Shown here in pieces: positions 22,895 to 32,440 of a DNA stretch of 64,000 nt (position 1 is its first letter; each line of letters begins with the position of its first letter). The notes beneath the pieces are model-generated. The model ran no database searches, was not told the origin of the DNA, and saw only the letters and a list, made by a program, of their open reading frames with translations. The stretch lies in the NCBI GenBank assembly GCA_903861835.1, contig CAIOVX010000027.1:2547-66546 (forward strand). Reading direction: 5' to 3'. The translations under genes were made by a program, and so were the position numbers. The stretch is from Candidatus Firestoneibacteriota bacterium (lineage in GTDB: Bacteria; Oederibacteriota; D2-FULL-39-29; CAIOVX01).

Positions 22895-23703
22895 TAAAGA
22901 TAGGCACTTCAGGCTTTACTTTCCCCGACTGGGTAGGAACGGCCTATCCTGCCGGTTTGAAAAAAACAGAGATGTTCTCCTGGTATGTTAACGAGTTCAA
23001 GTTTGACACGGTGGAACTCAACTATACTTATTACGTAATGCCTTCCGAAAAAACCTGCCTGGGTTTGCTTTCCAAATCCGGAAAAGAGTTCAGTTTTTCT
23101 GTCAAAGCGAACCGCGGTATGACCCACGATCCTTTTGACCCGCGCCTGAAAAAAAAACCATCCCTTAGGGCCGCCGCGGAAACTACCGCTAAGTTTGCGC
23201 AGGGACTCCGGCCGCTTAAGGACGCAGGACAGCTTGGCAGCGTGCTTCTCCAATTTCCCGTATTTTTCACGCCTTCTCCGCAGAGCGCGGATTTCATATT
23301 GCAGTGCAAATACATAATGAAGGGGATTCCGCTGGTTGTTGAGTTCCGGCACAGGGCTTGGGCCCAAGCCGAGACTTTTGAGTTCCTGCGCAAAAACAAC
23401 CTGGGGTATTGCGCCGTGGACGAGCCGCAGCTTGACCGGCTGATGCCGTTCCTTCCGGAGGTGACTTCAGAGACGGCCTATTTGAGGTTTCACGGAAGGA
23501 ATACAAACTGGTTTTCCTCGCCGCTCGAAGTCAGGTATGATTATCTATACAAAGAGGAGGAACTGAGACGTTTTCTGCCGGAGATAAAAAGGATGGAAGC
23601 GAAATGCAAAACTATTTATGTCTATTTCAATAACTGCCATATGGGAGCGGCGGTAAGAAACGCAAGGGAAATTAAAGAATACATGAAAGAAAATGCCGAA
23701 TAA
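22891..23703 (+). CDS. DUF72 (YecE-like) TIM-barrel protein
   Basis: IGTSGF, TVELNYTYY, LLQFP, VEFRH, YLRFHGRN, YVYFNN. Confidence 0.92.
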   Translation: MIKIGTSGFTFPDWVGTAYPAGLKKTEMFSWYVNEFKFDTVELNYTYYVMPSEKTCLGLLSKSGKEFSFSVKANRGMTHDPFDPRLKKKPSLRAAAETTAKFAQGLRPLKDAGQLGSVLLQFPVFFTPSPQSADFILQCKYIMKGIPLVVEFRHRAWAQAETFEFLRKNNLGYCAVDEPQLDRLMPFLPEVTSETAYLRFHGRNTNWFSSPLEVRYDYLYKEEELRRFLPEIKRMEAKCKTIYVYFNNCHMGAAVRNAREIKEYMKENAE

Positions 23704-23813
23704 TGTTTTTAACGTTCTTAACGTTTGTAACGTTTATAACGTAAACCAGGTCCTTGTTTTGCAATTGACTTACGTTATAAACGTTATGAACCTTATAAAC
23801 GTTACAAACTTTT
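23701..23813. repeat. Repeat family C palindrome bridging two convergent stop codons
   Basis: Left arm starts at the DUF72 TAA; right arm contains the GNAT TAA. Confidence 0.85.
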
Positions 23814-24284
23814 ATACTTAGATACCGGCATCGCTAAGTGCAGCTGAGCCGATACTTCCTCAAAGCCGAACTCGCGGTAAAGCTTAAAAGCGCCTTTGTT
23901 ATGCGCCAGAACTTCTATTCGCATCAATTTCATCCCGGAAGCCTTAATATATTGAAGAGCGTAATGCAAAAGTTCTTTTCCTATTCCCTTCCCCTGGTAT
24001 TCCGGAAGAACAGCGAGATGGGGTATTCTGCCGGTGGAAAAGTCTCTGTCTATGGCTGTAGTGATAAAGCCGGCTATTTTTTCGTCTACGACTTTGACAA
24101 AAACCCCCTGCGGGTTCTGGGCAAGGTCCCGGCGGATATCTGCAGCTTTGCGGTCTATCCAGGGCATCCCGGTCAGCTGTCCGAAATGGTCTTCTATGGA
24201 TTTGTCTATAGAGACCTTTTCAAAGGTTATCCTGATGATTTCTATGAGGGCGTCTAGCTCTTCTGGTTTGGCTGTGCGTATCAT
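23802..24284 (-). CDS. GNAT family N-acetyltransferase
   Basis: LAVLPEYQGKGIGKELL motif A; N..A..LY...GF. Confidence 0.9.
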   Translation of the reverse strand: MIRTAKPEELDALIEIIRITFEKVSIDKSIEDHFGQLTGMPWIDRKAADIRRDLAQNPQGVFVKVVDEKIAGFITTAIDRDFSTGRIPHLAVLPEYQGKGIGKELLHYALQYIKASGMKLMRIEVLAHNKGAFKLYREFGFEEVSAQLHLAMPVSKYKSL

Positions 24285-24444
24285 AGGGAGATAATATCAG
24301 AAAGCGGACGCAGCTTCAACTCAAACAGCATAAAAGGCTTTGTTTAAAAGCTTTTCCTGTTTCTGGTTGAAAAACCCCGTATTCTCTGCTAAATTAGAGT
24401 TGAGTTGCAAGAAGCAGAAAAAGGAAGGCATTTCAGGAGGAGTA

Positions 24445-25641
24445 ATGGCTTACGGATACGCGAAAAGAATGAGCAGGCTCGGCACCGAAAACGCATTTGT
24501 TGTGCTCGCCCAGGTTAAAAAACTTATGGCCCAGGGCAGGGACATAATAAGTTTCGGACTCGGAGAGCCGGATTTTGACACTCCCGTAAATATAAAAGAA
24601 GCCGCGATAAAAGCTTTGAAGGCAGGCCAGACAAAATACGGCCCGTCCGCAGGAATACTTCCGCTTCGGGAAATAATAGCAAAAGAAGCCGGAAAGATCA
24701 GGGGGATTGAAATAGACCCTGATGAAATAGTCGTGACCCCCGGCGCTAAACCCATAATCTTTGACGCTGTGCTCGCGCTGGTTGACGAAGGCGACGAAGT
24801 AATATATCCCAATCCCGGCTACCCTATATATGAATCCGTGGCGAATTTCGTGGGCGCGAAGAGCGTCGCGCTGCCCCTGTGGGAGAGCAAAGGGTTCAGT
24901 TTTGACATAGCGGACCTCAAAAAGCTGGTGAACAAGAATACCAAAGTTATCTTCATCAACTCCCCGCAGAATCCGACCGGCGGAGTGATTTCCTATGACG
25001 ACCTGAAAGCCATAGCAGAGCTGGCCATCAAGTACGACTGCTGGGTGATCTCGGACGAGGTCTACGGCAAGATAATTTACGGCGAAAAGTTCCACTCCAT
25101 AGTTTCAATACCCGGCATGAAGGAAAGAACGATCGTGGTCGACGGCTTCTCCAAGACCTATGCGATGACCGGCTGGAGACTGGGCTACGGAATAATGCCG
25201 AAAGAACTGGCTGCCTACATCGCAAAAATTGAGACTAATGCGGATTCCTGCACCAACACCTTTGTGCAGTTCGGAGGCATCGAAGCGCTCGTCGGGCCGC
25301 AGGACGCTTCGGAAAAGATGGTAGCTGAATTCGAAAAACGCAGCAAATTGATAGTTGAGTTGCTCAACGACATAAAAGGCGTTTCGTGCATACAGCCGAA
25401 GGGCGCTTTCTATGTGTTCCCGAACGTGACGAAGGCCTGCGCGAATCTCGGCTTTAAGGACGCGAGAGAACTGCAGGAATACTTATTGGACAAAGCAGAT
25501 GTCGCAGTGCTCGCGAGGACTTTCTTCGGCCCCAAGAACGAAGGGGAGAAGGACGAATACATCAGGCTCTCCTATGTAACGTCGGAAGAGAAAATCAGGG
25601 AAGGGTTGAAGAGAATGAAGAAGGCGATAGAGAAGAAATAA
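24445..25641 (+). CDS. PLP-dependent class I/II aminotransferase (AspC-like; start revised to ATG 24445)
   Basis: GEPDF, NSPQNPTG, SDEVY, GFSKTYAMTGWRLG; GGAGG RBS. Confidence 0.93.
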   Translation: MAYGYAKRMSRLGTENAFVVLAQVKKLMAQGRDIISFGLGEPDFDTPVNIKEAAIKALKAGQTKYGPSAGILPLREIIAKEAGKIRGIEIDPDEIVVTPGAKPIIFDAVLALVDEGDEVIYPNPGYPIYESVANFVGAKSVALPLWESKGFSFDIADLKKLVNKNTKVIFINSPQNPTGGVISYDDLKAIAELAIKYDCWVISDEVYGKIIYGEKFHSIVSIPGMKERTIVVDGFSKTYAMTGWRLGYGIMPKELAAYIAKIETNADSCTNTFVQFGGIEALVGPQDASEKMVAEFEKRSKLIVELLNDIKGVSCIQPKGAFYVFPNVTKACANLGFKDARELQEYLLDKADVAVLARTFFGPKNEGEKDEYIRLSYVTSEEKIREGLKRMKKAIEKK

Positions 25642-25642
25642 A

Positions 25643-25917
25643 AGTTTATAACGTTCATAACGTTTGTAACGTAAACAGGAAAAGCAAAAGTTTATAAGCC
25701 ACAGCTTCGCTGTGTCTTGTTTTGATAGGTAGGATATATTTCATGCCAGACTACGTCTGGCATAGCAAAATAACGTTCATAACGTTTATAACGTTTGTAA
25801 CGTAAACAGGAAAAGCAAAAGTTTGTGGTTTGTAAAGTTTGTAAGGTTTATAAGCCGCACTTCGTGCGTCTTGTTCAATAAAAAGTTCATAAGGTTCATA
25901 AAGTTTGTAACGTAAAC
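25643..25917 (+). repeat. Repeat family C, tandem duplicated left arms with embedded small hairpins
   Basis: Two copies of TAACGTTTGTAACGTAAACAGGAAAAGCAAAAGTTT...; hairpins at 25700-25714, 25743-25763, 25856-25868. Confidence 0.85.
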
Positions 25918-26005
25918 ATTAAAGACTAGAAAACAAACGTTCTTAGTGTTAACAGAAAAGATCAGAAACAACAGAAAGTGTGAACAAAGTGGGGATGAAA
26001 TTTTA

Positions 26006-26929
26006 ATGCTGAAGCCGAAGAAAGATACACAGATACAGGCCATTATGAGCAGGACCGTGATTACCGCGCAGAAGGAAGCGTCAGTAACCGATATCTGCAG
26101 ATTGATGGAAGCGAGCCATATCGGCTCGGTAGTAATAGTAAAGGATCGCCACCCGCTTGGCATGCTGACGGAGCGAGATGTGGTAAATGCTATCGCAAAG
26201 TCAGGGCATGGAGCGCTAAATTCTCAGGCCCAGCACATAATGAAAACCCCGGTTTTTTCTATGCAGCCGCGGCAGAGCATCAAGAAAGCTATAGAATTCA
26301 TGATCTCAAAAAGGATACGCCGTTTGCCGGTAGTTGAGAATCATAGGCTTGCAGGCATCATCACTTACGGCGATATTTTGCGGGCGGTCCAAAAAGAAGT
26401 TGCAGATATGGAACTGCAGACGGAGCAGCTCAAGATAGAAGTCCAGAAGGACGGGCTTACAAAGTTTTACACACAGAAGTACTTCAAGATACTGCTGGAA
26501 AAAGAAGTGGAGCGCGCGAAAAGGTTCGGCGGCGTTCTCTCTTTGATTATGATAGATGTTGACCATTTCAAGAAGATTAACGACACTTTTGGTCACGATG
26601 CGGGCGATTATATTCTCCACAAAGTTTCCTTGCTGATAAGCCATAACACCCGCAAAATAAATATTATCGGGCGGTACGGCGGAGACGAGTTCGCGATAGT
26701 AGCCCCCATCAGCGACATACGGGGCGCCCAGCGCCTCGCAGAGAGATTGCGTCAGTTTGTCAGCCAGACTAAGTTCATGTATAACGGCAAGCAGATAAAG
26801 ACCTCGCTAAGCGTCGGGGTTGCGGCCTGGGACAAAGCCATAACTACCGGACGCGACCTTATTATAAAGACGGATAAGGCGCTCTACAAAGCCAAACACG
26901 GCGGACGCGACCGTGTCAGTGTAAGTTAG
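26006..26929 (+). CDS. CBS-pair + GGDEF diguanylate cyclase (start revised to ATG 26006)
   Basis: Two CBS motifs (GMLTERDV, IRRLPVV..GIITYGDI); DVDHFKKINDTFGHDAGD; RYGGDEF. Confidence 0.92.
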   Translation: MLKPKKDTQIQAIMSRTVITAQKEASVTDICRLMEASHIGSVVIVKDRHPLGMLTERDVVNAIAKSGHGALNSQAQHIMKTPVFSMQPRQSIKKAIEFMISKRIRRLPVVENHRLAGIITYGDILRAVQKEVADMELQTEQLKIEVQKDGLTKFYTQKYFKILLEKEVERAKRFGGVLSLIMIDVDHFKKINDTFGHDAGDYILHKVSLLISHNTRKINIIGRYGGDEFAIVAPISDIRGAQRLAERLRQFVSQTKFMYNGKQIKTSLSVGVAAWDKAITTGRDLIIKTDKALYKAKHGGRDRVSVS

Positions 26930-27008
26930 ATTGCGCAGATTATAAAAGAGATTGCACGGATCAGGATACGGATTAATACGTGTAAGCGCCCTCGAAATCC
27001 GCGTAATC
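26929..27008. repeat. Repeat family B palindrome overlapping the GGDEF TAG
   Basis: TAGATTGCGCAGATT...AATCCGCGTAATC. Confidence 0.8.
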
Positions 27009-27027
27009 AGGTTTCAAAGGGGACAAA

Positions 27028-27963
27028 ATGAAAAAAGCCTCTGTCGTATTTGCCCTCCTCCTTGCCTCTTTGTGTGTTACCGCCCAGAGTTCAAAGAATA
27101 TTTACCGCGTGAACATTTTCAATTTTTATGAAGAGTTCGTGGCTATCAAAGAAGTGACGATTGCAAATGACCGCATATTCTTTTTCAGTTCTCTTACCAA
27201 CCAGCTTTCCTGCTACGGAGCAACCGACAAGAAAAAACTCTGGGAAGTTGGGGTCAAGAGCCTCAAAATGTTTAGGAATTATTACGGGCTTACTTGCGAC
27301 AAGCTGGGGCGCTGCATTCTCGTGGCGAGGCAGGACAAGGGCGTAAAGGTTCTGGAGTTCTCAAACGTGGGCCATTTTGCCGGCGAGCATGTTTTTCCGG
27401 AGCTCGACGGAAAAAACGAAAAGTTTTCTTTGCTGAACGGCAAAATAATGTACGCCGGTAAAGAAGTGGGAAAGCTGAATACCAAACTTGTTTTTACCGT
27501 GGAAGAGCGGAATAAGATTGCGGACGCTGTTGTAAAGACAGGTAAGCCCGCTCGAAAAAACGCGAGAGAATGGCAGGTTCCGGTTACAGTGGAGATGGAA
27601 GGCGTAAAGGTGGGCGGCTTTATCCTGCCTTTAAAATATAAAGAGGCGACGGTTGTTATGTCTGCCGAGGGGATACGGGCTGATAATTCCGGAAGGATAT
27701 ATCTGCACACGGTCATAATAAAAGATCTGAAAAACGGGCAGGACGAGCCGATAAAGAATACCGCCGAATTCAGGAACGAACTGCACATAACTGATATCGC
27801 CGGCAAGCTCCTTCTTGAAACAGAACCGGTAGACGCAATTGTTTCGATTATCAAGGTAGATGACGACGGCAAAGTCTGCGAAGTGTATAAAAAAAGGGAC
27901 CCGGATAAAAAAACAAATGTATTTCGCATATATTACTGGTACATAAAAGAGGCGCTGCGATGA
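27028..27963 (+). CDS. Secreted hypothetical protein, beta-rich
   Basis: Signal peptide MKKASVVFALLLASLCVTA; RBS; overlaps the next gene. Confidence 0.7.
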   Translation: MKKASVVFALLLASLCVTAQSSKNIYRVNIFNFYEEFVAIKEVTIANDRIFFFSSLTNQLSCYGATDKKKLWEVGVKSLKMFRNYYGLTCDKLGRCILVARQDKGVKVLEFSNVGHFAGEHVFPELDGKNEKFSLLNGKIMYAGKEVGKLNTKLVFTVEERNKIADAVVKTGKPARKNAREWQVPVTVEMEGVKVGGFILPLKYKEATVVMSAEGIRADNSGRIYLHTVIIKDLKNGQDEPIKNTAEFRNELHITDIAGKLLLETEPVDAIVSIIKVDDDGKVCEVYKKRDPDKKTNVFRIYYWYIKEALR

Positions 27964-28661
27964 AGAAGGGCGTGAGGCCCTCAAGGGCCTGGAATTTTAA
28001 GAAGGAGCTGATCAGGAAATCGATTCATCTCGCGGCTGTAAGCTTCCTTATTCTTTATGTGCTGATCGCGAATACGGTCAACCATAAAATCGGCCTGCTT
28101 GCCCTTTCCTTCATGCTGATAATACTTTTTGAACTGGAATTTGTGAGGATTGAACTCGGAGCAAAAATAGGTTTTATGCGCAAGCTCTGGGCCTACAGAA
28201 GAGACAAAGAAAAGGAGCATCTGGGCGGGGAGATTTATTTCCTCATCGGTTCAATAATAGTGCTTGCCGTTTTTGATCTGCGCATCGCGGCCGCTGCAAT
28301 ACTTATGACAACTTTCGGGGATCTGGCTGCCGCTGTTATTGGAACGCGTTTTGGCCGGACCTGGATTATGAAGGACCGCGCACTTGAAGGAATACTCGCG
28401 GAATTCTTTGTGGACCTCTTTGTGGGGTTTTTGGTCTTGCGCACGCCGACGCTTGTGCACGGCAAGCTTGAAATGTGGTGGGTTCATCACCTGACTCCGC
28501 TCGGCGACCCGCTGTGGATTCCCATAATAGTCATGGCGGTAACCGCTACCGTTGTTGAAACGGTTATCCGCAAGCTCGACGATAATCTGCTCGTGCCGGT
28601 CTTCGCGGGTTTTAACGGGGAAATAGTACTTTTGCTTATGATGTATATGAATAAAATATAA
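27960..28661 (+). CDS. CTP-dependent polyprenol/dolichol/phytol kinase family membrane protein
   Basis: ELIRKSIH, FGDLAAAVIG..FG, DRALEG (variant of KS.EG), LDDNLLVP. Confidence 0.8.
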   Translation: MKKGVRPSRAWNFKKELIRKSIHLAAVSFLILYVLIANTVNHKIGLLALSFMLIILFELEFVRIELGAKIGFMRKLWAYRRDKEKEHLGGEIYFLIGSIIVLAVFDLRIAAAAILMTTFGDLAAAVIGTRFGRTWIMKDRALEGILAEFFVDLFVGFLVLRTPTLVHGKLEMWWVHHLTPLGDPLWIPIIVMAVTATVVETVIRKLDDNLLVPVFAGFNGEIVLLLMMYMNKI

Positions 28662-28675
28662 GAGTTTATGCGCTT

Positions 28676-28776
28676 GTGCCAAAGAACACCCCGCCATTCA
28701 TGGCGGGGATGAATTTGGCACGAATAATGTTTACAATACAGCAGAGACACCCCGGACTTTAGGCCGGGGAGGCTCA
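28676..28776 (+). mobile_element. Transposase-less IS200/IS605-like miniature element (left- and right-end hairpins only)
   Basis: CCCCGCCA-TTCA-TGGCGGGG inside an outer stem GTGCCAAA/TTTGGCAC, then CCCCGG-ACTTTAGG-CCGGGG-AGGCTCA. Confidence 0.6.
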
Positions 28777-28975
28777 TAACGTTCATAAGGTTTATAAGGT
28801 TTATAACGTTAATAACGTAAAGCAAAAGCAGACCAAATTCAAAAGTTCGTGACGTTTGTAACGTAAATCAAAGGCATCAGGGTTTGCCTTACGTTATGAA
28901 CGTTATAAACGATATTTGCTCAAACCAAATGTTTTCGTTACAAACGTTATTAACGTGAAGAACGTTATAAACCTT
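28777..28975. repeat. Repeat family C, nested double palindrome
   Basis: Two left arms followed by two right arms of 9-mer units. Confidence 0.85.
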
Positions 28976-29017
28976 GAAGCGCATTTTTTTCGCGAGTATT
29001 TCGGAGGAAAGAGTCCT

Positions 29018-29497
29018 ATGAAACAACAGCGTATCGGACTTGGCTACGACATTCATCCCTTTGAAAGGGGAAAGCAGCTTACGCTGGGCGGCGTAAAGAT
29101 CCCTTTCCATATGGGACTGGAGGGACATTCTGACGGGGACTGCCTCTCTCATTCCATAATTGACGCTCTGCTCGGAGCGGCCGCAGCGGGCGATATCGGA
29201 AATATGTTCGGCGTGGACCGGCCCGAGTATAAGAACGCCGTGAGCCTCGCGCTGCTCGAAAAAGCCTGGGACACGCTGAAGAAAACATATAGGATAGCAA
29301 ATATTGACACGGTGATAATCTGCCAGGAGCCGAAACTCGGGGGTTATGTTCAAATGATGAAGAAAAATATCGCTGCAGCCCTCGGCATAAAAGAAAGCAG
29401 TGTGAGTGTAAAGTCAACTACGGCGAAGAAACTCGGCGAGATAGGAAGAGTTAAGGCGATAGCTTCCCGCGCGATAGTTCTGCTCACTAAGAAGTAA
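29018..29497 (+). CDS. ispF: 2-C-methyl-D-erythritol 2,4-cyclodiphosphate synthase (start revised to ATG 29018)
   Basis: RIGLGYDIH, GHSDGD..SH, GDIG..F; GGAGG RBS. Confidence 0.93.
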   Translation: MKQQRIGLGYDIHPFERGKQLTLGGVKIPFHMGLEGHSDGDCLSHSIIDALLGAAAAGDIGNMFGVDRPEYKNAVSLALLEKAWDTLKKTYRIANIDTVIICQEPKLGGYVQMMKKNIAAALGIKESSVSVKSTTAKKLGEIGRVKAIASRAIVLLTKK

Positions 29498-29515
29498 CAG
29501 AAAAAAGGAGAAAAT

Positions 29516-30883
29516 ATGCCGGCTGTAAAGATCTGCATAGTTGGAGGGGGGTCGCCCTATATGACCTCCATGTTCGCTTCGCTGGCGCGGTTCGCGAAGA
29601 ACGGAGCGCTTAAGAACAGTGAAATAATAATATACGACATAAACGGGGAAAACGCCCTCCTGATGGCGGAATGGGGAAAACAGGCTGCTTCGAGGGAAAA
29701 AATACCTCTGAAATTTTTTGTCCGGGAGAAACTCGACCGGGCGCTTGACGGCTCTGATTTTGTCCTCTCAACCTTCAGAACAGGCGGTCTTGACGGGCGC
29801 TATCTTGACGAGACCATACCCGAAAAATTCAGGGAGCTGGGCATTGAGACGGTCGGGGTGGGCGGAATCTTTATGGCGCTCCGCTGCATACCGGAAGTCG
29901 CGCATCTTGCAAGGCAGATAAGGAAAAACTGCCCGAAAGCCTGGCTGATAAATTACACGAACCCTACAAGCATGGTGACGGCTGTCTCGCTTCGCGAGGG
30001 GCACGAGAGGTCTCTCGGGCTCTGCGACGGCGTGTACGGCGTGAAGTGGCTTATCTGCAAGCTGCTTAAAATCCCGACCAACAGGGCCGGAGAGGTGGAA
30101 GCGTTTGTATCAGGTGTAAACCACTGCACCTGGGCGCTTAAAATATTCCACCGGGGCAGGGATTTATACGAAGAGGGCCTTCTTGAAAAGCTGATTGAGA
30201 AAGCGGATCTTTCCGCGTCCGCCGGCTACCAGAGCGAAGCTGGCGAACAGCTTGACGAAGTCCAGGTTGACGCCATCCGTCTTTACAGGTATTACGGGAT
30301 ACTTCCGGGTTCCGTTTATTATACCCGCTACTACTATGCTTTGCGTAAAACTCTCGAGCACCACCTTGCCCCGGGTTTCCAGCACCGGTCTGAATGGCTC
30401 AAGGAACTGGGAGCGAAGAAAAGGCAGGAGATAAAGGGACAGCTGAAAAACAAGCGCGCGAGCATTTCGGCTCATGATGTTGAAGATTCCGCTCACGGCG
30501 ACCAGGCTATCGGCGTGTTAAACGATGTCGCGAATGACACCCGCCGGCTTGAAGTCGTAAATGTAAGAAACCAGGGCGCGGTGCCGAACCTGCCTGAAGA
30601 CGCGGTTGTCGAAGTGACTTGCGCTCTCGGCAGCAACGGCGCGCTGCCAATCGCGGCCGGGCCGCTTCCCTTCGCCCTGCAGGGAATTGTCCGCAGCGTC
30701 CATGAATCCGCAACCCTCGCAGTCGAAGCCGGGCTGACAGGCAACAGGAAGCTTGTGCTCCAGGCGGCAATGGCTCATCCCGCGCACCGTGATTTTGATA
30801 CAATCGAAAAAGTGATCGCGGAACTTTTTGAGGCTCACCGTCCGTGGCTCCCTCAGTTTTTTAAAAAAGGCGCAAAGAAGTAG
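29516..30883 (+). CDS. Family 4 (NAD-dependent) glycoside hydrolase
   Basis: VGGGSPY, ETVGVGG, NYTNP, GLCDG, GVNHCTW, NQGAVPNLP. Confidence 0.9.
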   Translation: MPAVKICIVGGGSPYMTSMFASLARFAKNGALKNSEIIIYDINGENALLMAEWGKQAASREKIPLKFFVREKLDRALDGSDFVLSTFRTGGLDGRYLDETIPEKFRELGIETVGVGGIFMALRCIPEVAHLARQIRKNCPKAWLINYTNPTSMVTAVSLREGHERSLGLCDGVYGVKWLICKLLKIPTNRAGEVEAFVSGVNHCTWALKIFHRGRDLYEEGLLEKLIEKADLSASAGYQSEAGEQLDEVQVDAIRLYRYYGILPGSVYYTRYYYALRKTLEHHLAPGFQHRSEWLKELGAKKRQEIKGQLKNKRASISAHDVEDSAHGDQAIGVLNDVANDTRRLEVVNVRNQGAVPNLPEDAVVEVTCALGSNGALPIAAGPLPFALQGIVRSVHESATLAVEAGLTGNRKLVLQAAMAHPAHRDFDTIEKVIAELFEAHRPWLPQFFKKGAKK

Positions 30884-30939
30884 GCCGCAAGAGGAAAGCC
30901 TTTCTTGTGTTTTAGGCCTTAAAGGTATAGGATAATTAA

Positions 30940-32403
30940 ATGGAAAATAAAATCAGAGTACGCTTTGCCCCGTCTCCCACGGGTCATATGCACATCGGGA
31001 ACGCGCGCACCGCTCTCTTCAATTACCTTTTCGCGAGGAATTGCGGCGGCACGCTGATACTCCGCATAGAGGATACCGACAGGGAAAGGTCAACTCCGGA
31101 AGCCGTACAGGTGATTGTAGAATCCCTGAAGTGGCTCGGTATTGATTGGGATGAGGGCTATTTCGGCAGGGATGAACACGGCAGCCCGATGGAAAAGGGC
31201 GCGTTAGGCCCTTATACGCAGATGCGCAGGATGACGCTCTACGACAAATACCTTGCGAGGCTCATAGCCGAAGAAAAGGCCTATCATTGTTTCTGCACAG
31301 AAGAGGAACTGGATTTGAAGCGCAAGGCGGCAACCGAGAAAGGGCTGGTGCCTAAGTACGACAGAAAGTGCAGCGCCCTCTCAAAAGAAGAGATTGAGGA
31401 AAAGAAAAAAACAGGCAGGTTTGCCGTCAGGTTCAAGGTGGAGCCGGGTCTGGTAGAGTTTGAGGATTTAGTGCGCGGGAAAGTGGTTTTCAACACCGAC
31501 CAGATAGGCGATTTTGTCATAGCCCGGTCCGACGGGGTTCCTGTTTACAATTACGCGGTTGTTATAGACGACGCCGAGATGAATATTTCGCATGTGATAC
31601 GAGGCGAGGACCATCTTTCCAACACGCCGCGCCAGGTTCTGCTTTATCGGGCCCTGGGTCTAAACCAGCCGCTTTTTGCCCACCTTCCGATGATACTCGG
31701 GGCGGACAGGAGCAAGCTCTCAAAGCGTCACGGAGAAACCTCGCTTCTGGCCTACAGAGACAAAGGCTTTTTGCCGGCGGCAATGTTCAATTACATGTCC
31801 CTGCTCGGCTGGTATCCGAGAGACGGGGTGGAGATAAAACCAAAGGAAGGACTCACAGCCGGATTCTCTCTCTCTGATGTAGGACACAGCGGCGCTATTT
31901 TTGACGAGAAGAAACTGATCTGGATGAATCATGAATATATTCAGAAGCTGAGCGCTAAAGAGCTCGCAGATTTCTGCCTTCCATATATAAAGACCGTGGA
32001 CGTCGCGGGAAAGAGCCCGGAATGGGTAGTCGGCATGTTTGAGACCATTAAGACAGGGATTAATTTTTGCGCGGAAGTTCCGGAGCTTTCAAAGTTGTTC
32101 TTTAAGCCTGACGAACTTACCGCTGAAGGGCTTGCCATATTGGCTGCCGAAGGCGCAGGCAAAGTGCTTCTGGCGCTTAAAGCGGAACTTTCTAAAACGC
32201 AATTGACAAAAGAAAACTGCAAAGAACTTATCGGCGCAGCAGGCAAGGCCGCGGAGGCAAAAGGCAAAGACCTCTTTATGCCTGTGAGATTAGCCCTTAC
32301 CGGCGCTATGCACGGCCCTGAGCTCGCGCATTTTTTGCCGGTGCTGGGGAACGAGGAGTGCGTAAGGCGGATTGAGGAAGCGTTAAAGAAAAATTCGAAG
32401 TAA
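30940..32403 (+). CDS. gltX: Glutamate--tRNA ligase
   Basis: RFAPSPTG, HIGN, RGEDH, KLSKR. Confidence 0.97.
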   Translation: MENKIRVRFAPSPTGHMHIGNARTALFNYLFARNCGGTLILRIEDTDRERSTPEAVQVIVESLKWLGIDWDEGYFGRDEHGSPMEKGALGPYTQMRRMTLYDKYLARLIAEEKAYHCFCTEEELDLKRKAATEKGLVPKYDRKCSALSKEEIEEKKKTGRFAVRFKVEPGLVEFEDLVRGKVVFNTDQIGDFVIARSDGVPVYNYAVVIDDAEMNISHVIRGEDHLSNTPRQVLLYRALGLNQPLFAHLPMILGADRSKLSKRHGETSLLAYRDKGFLPAAMFNYMSLLGWYPRDGVEIKPKEGLTAGFSLSDVGHSGAIFDEKKLIWMNHEYIQKLSAKELADFCLPYIKTVDVAGKSPEWVVGMFETIKTGINFCAEVPELSKLFFKPDELTAEGLAILAAEGAGKVLLALKAELSKTQLTKENCKELIGAAGKAAEAKGKDLFMPVRLALTGAMHGPELAHFLPVLGNEECVRRIEEALKKNSK

Positions 32404-32440
32404 GAAATCTGAAATTCAATATGCAATAGTGGATTGCAAG

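Noticed and set aside
25643-25917. Possible CRISPR array
   Set aside because: Units are degenerate 9-mers with only two longer duplicated blocks, there are no regular unique spacers, and no cas genes are present.
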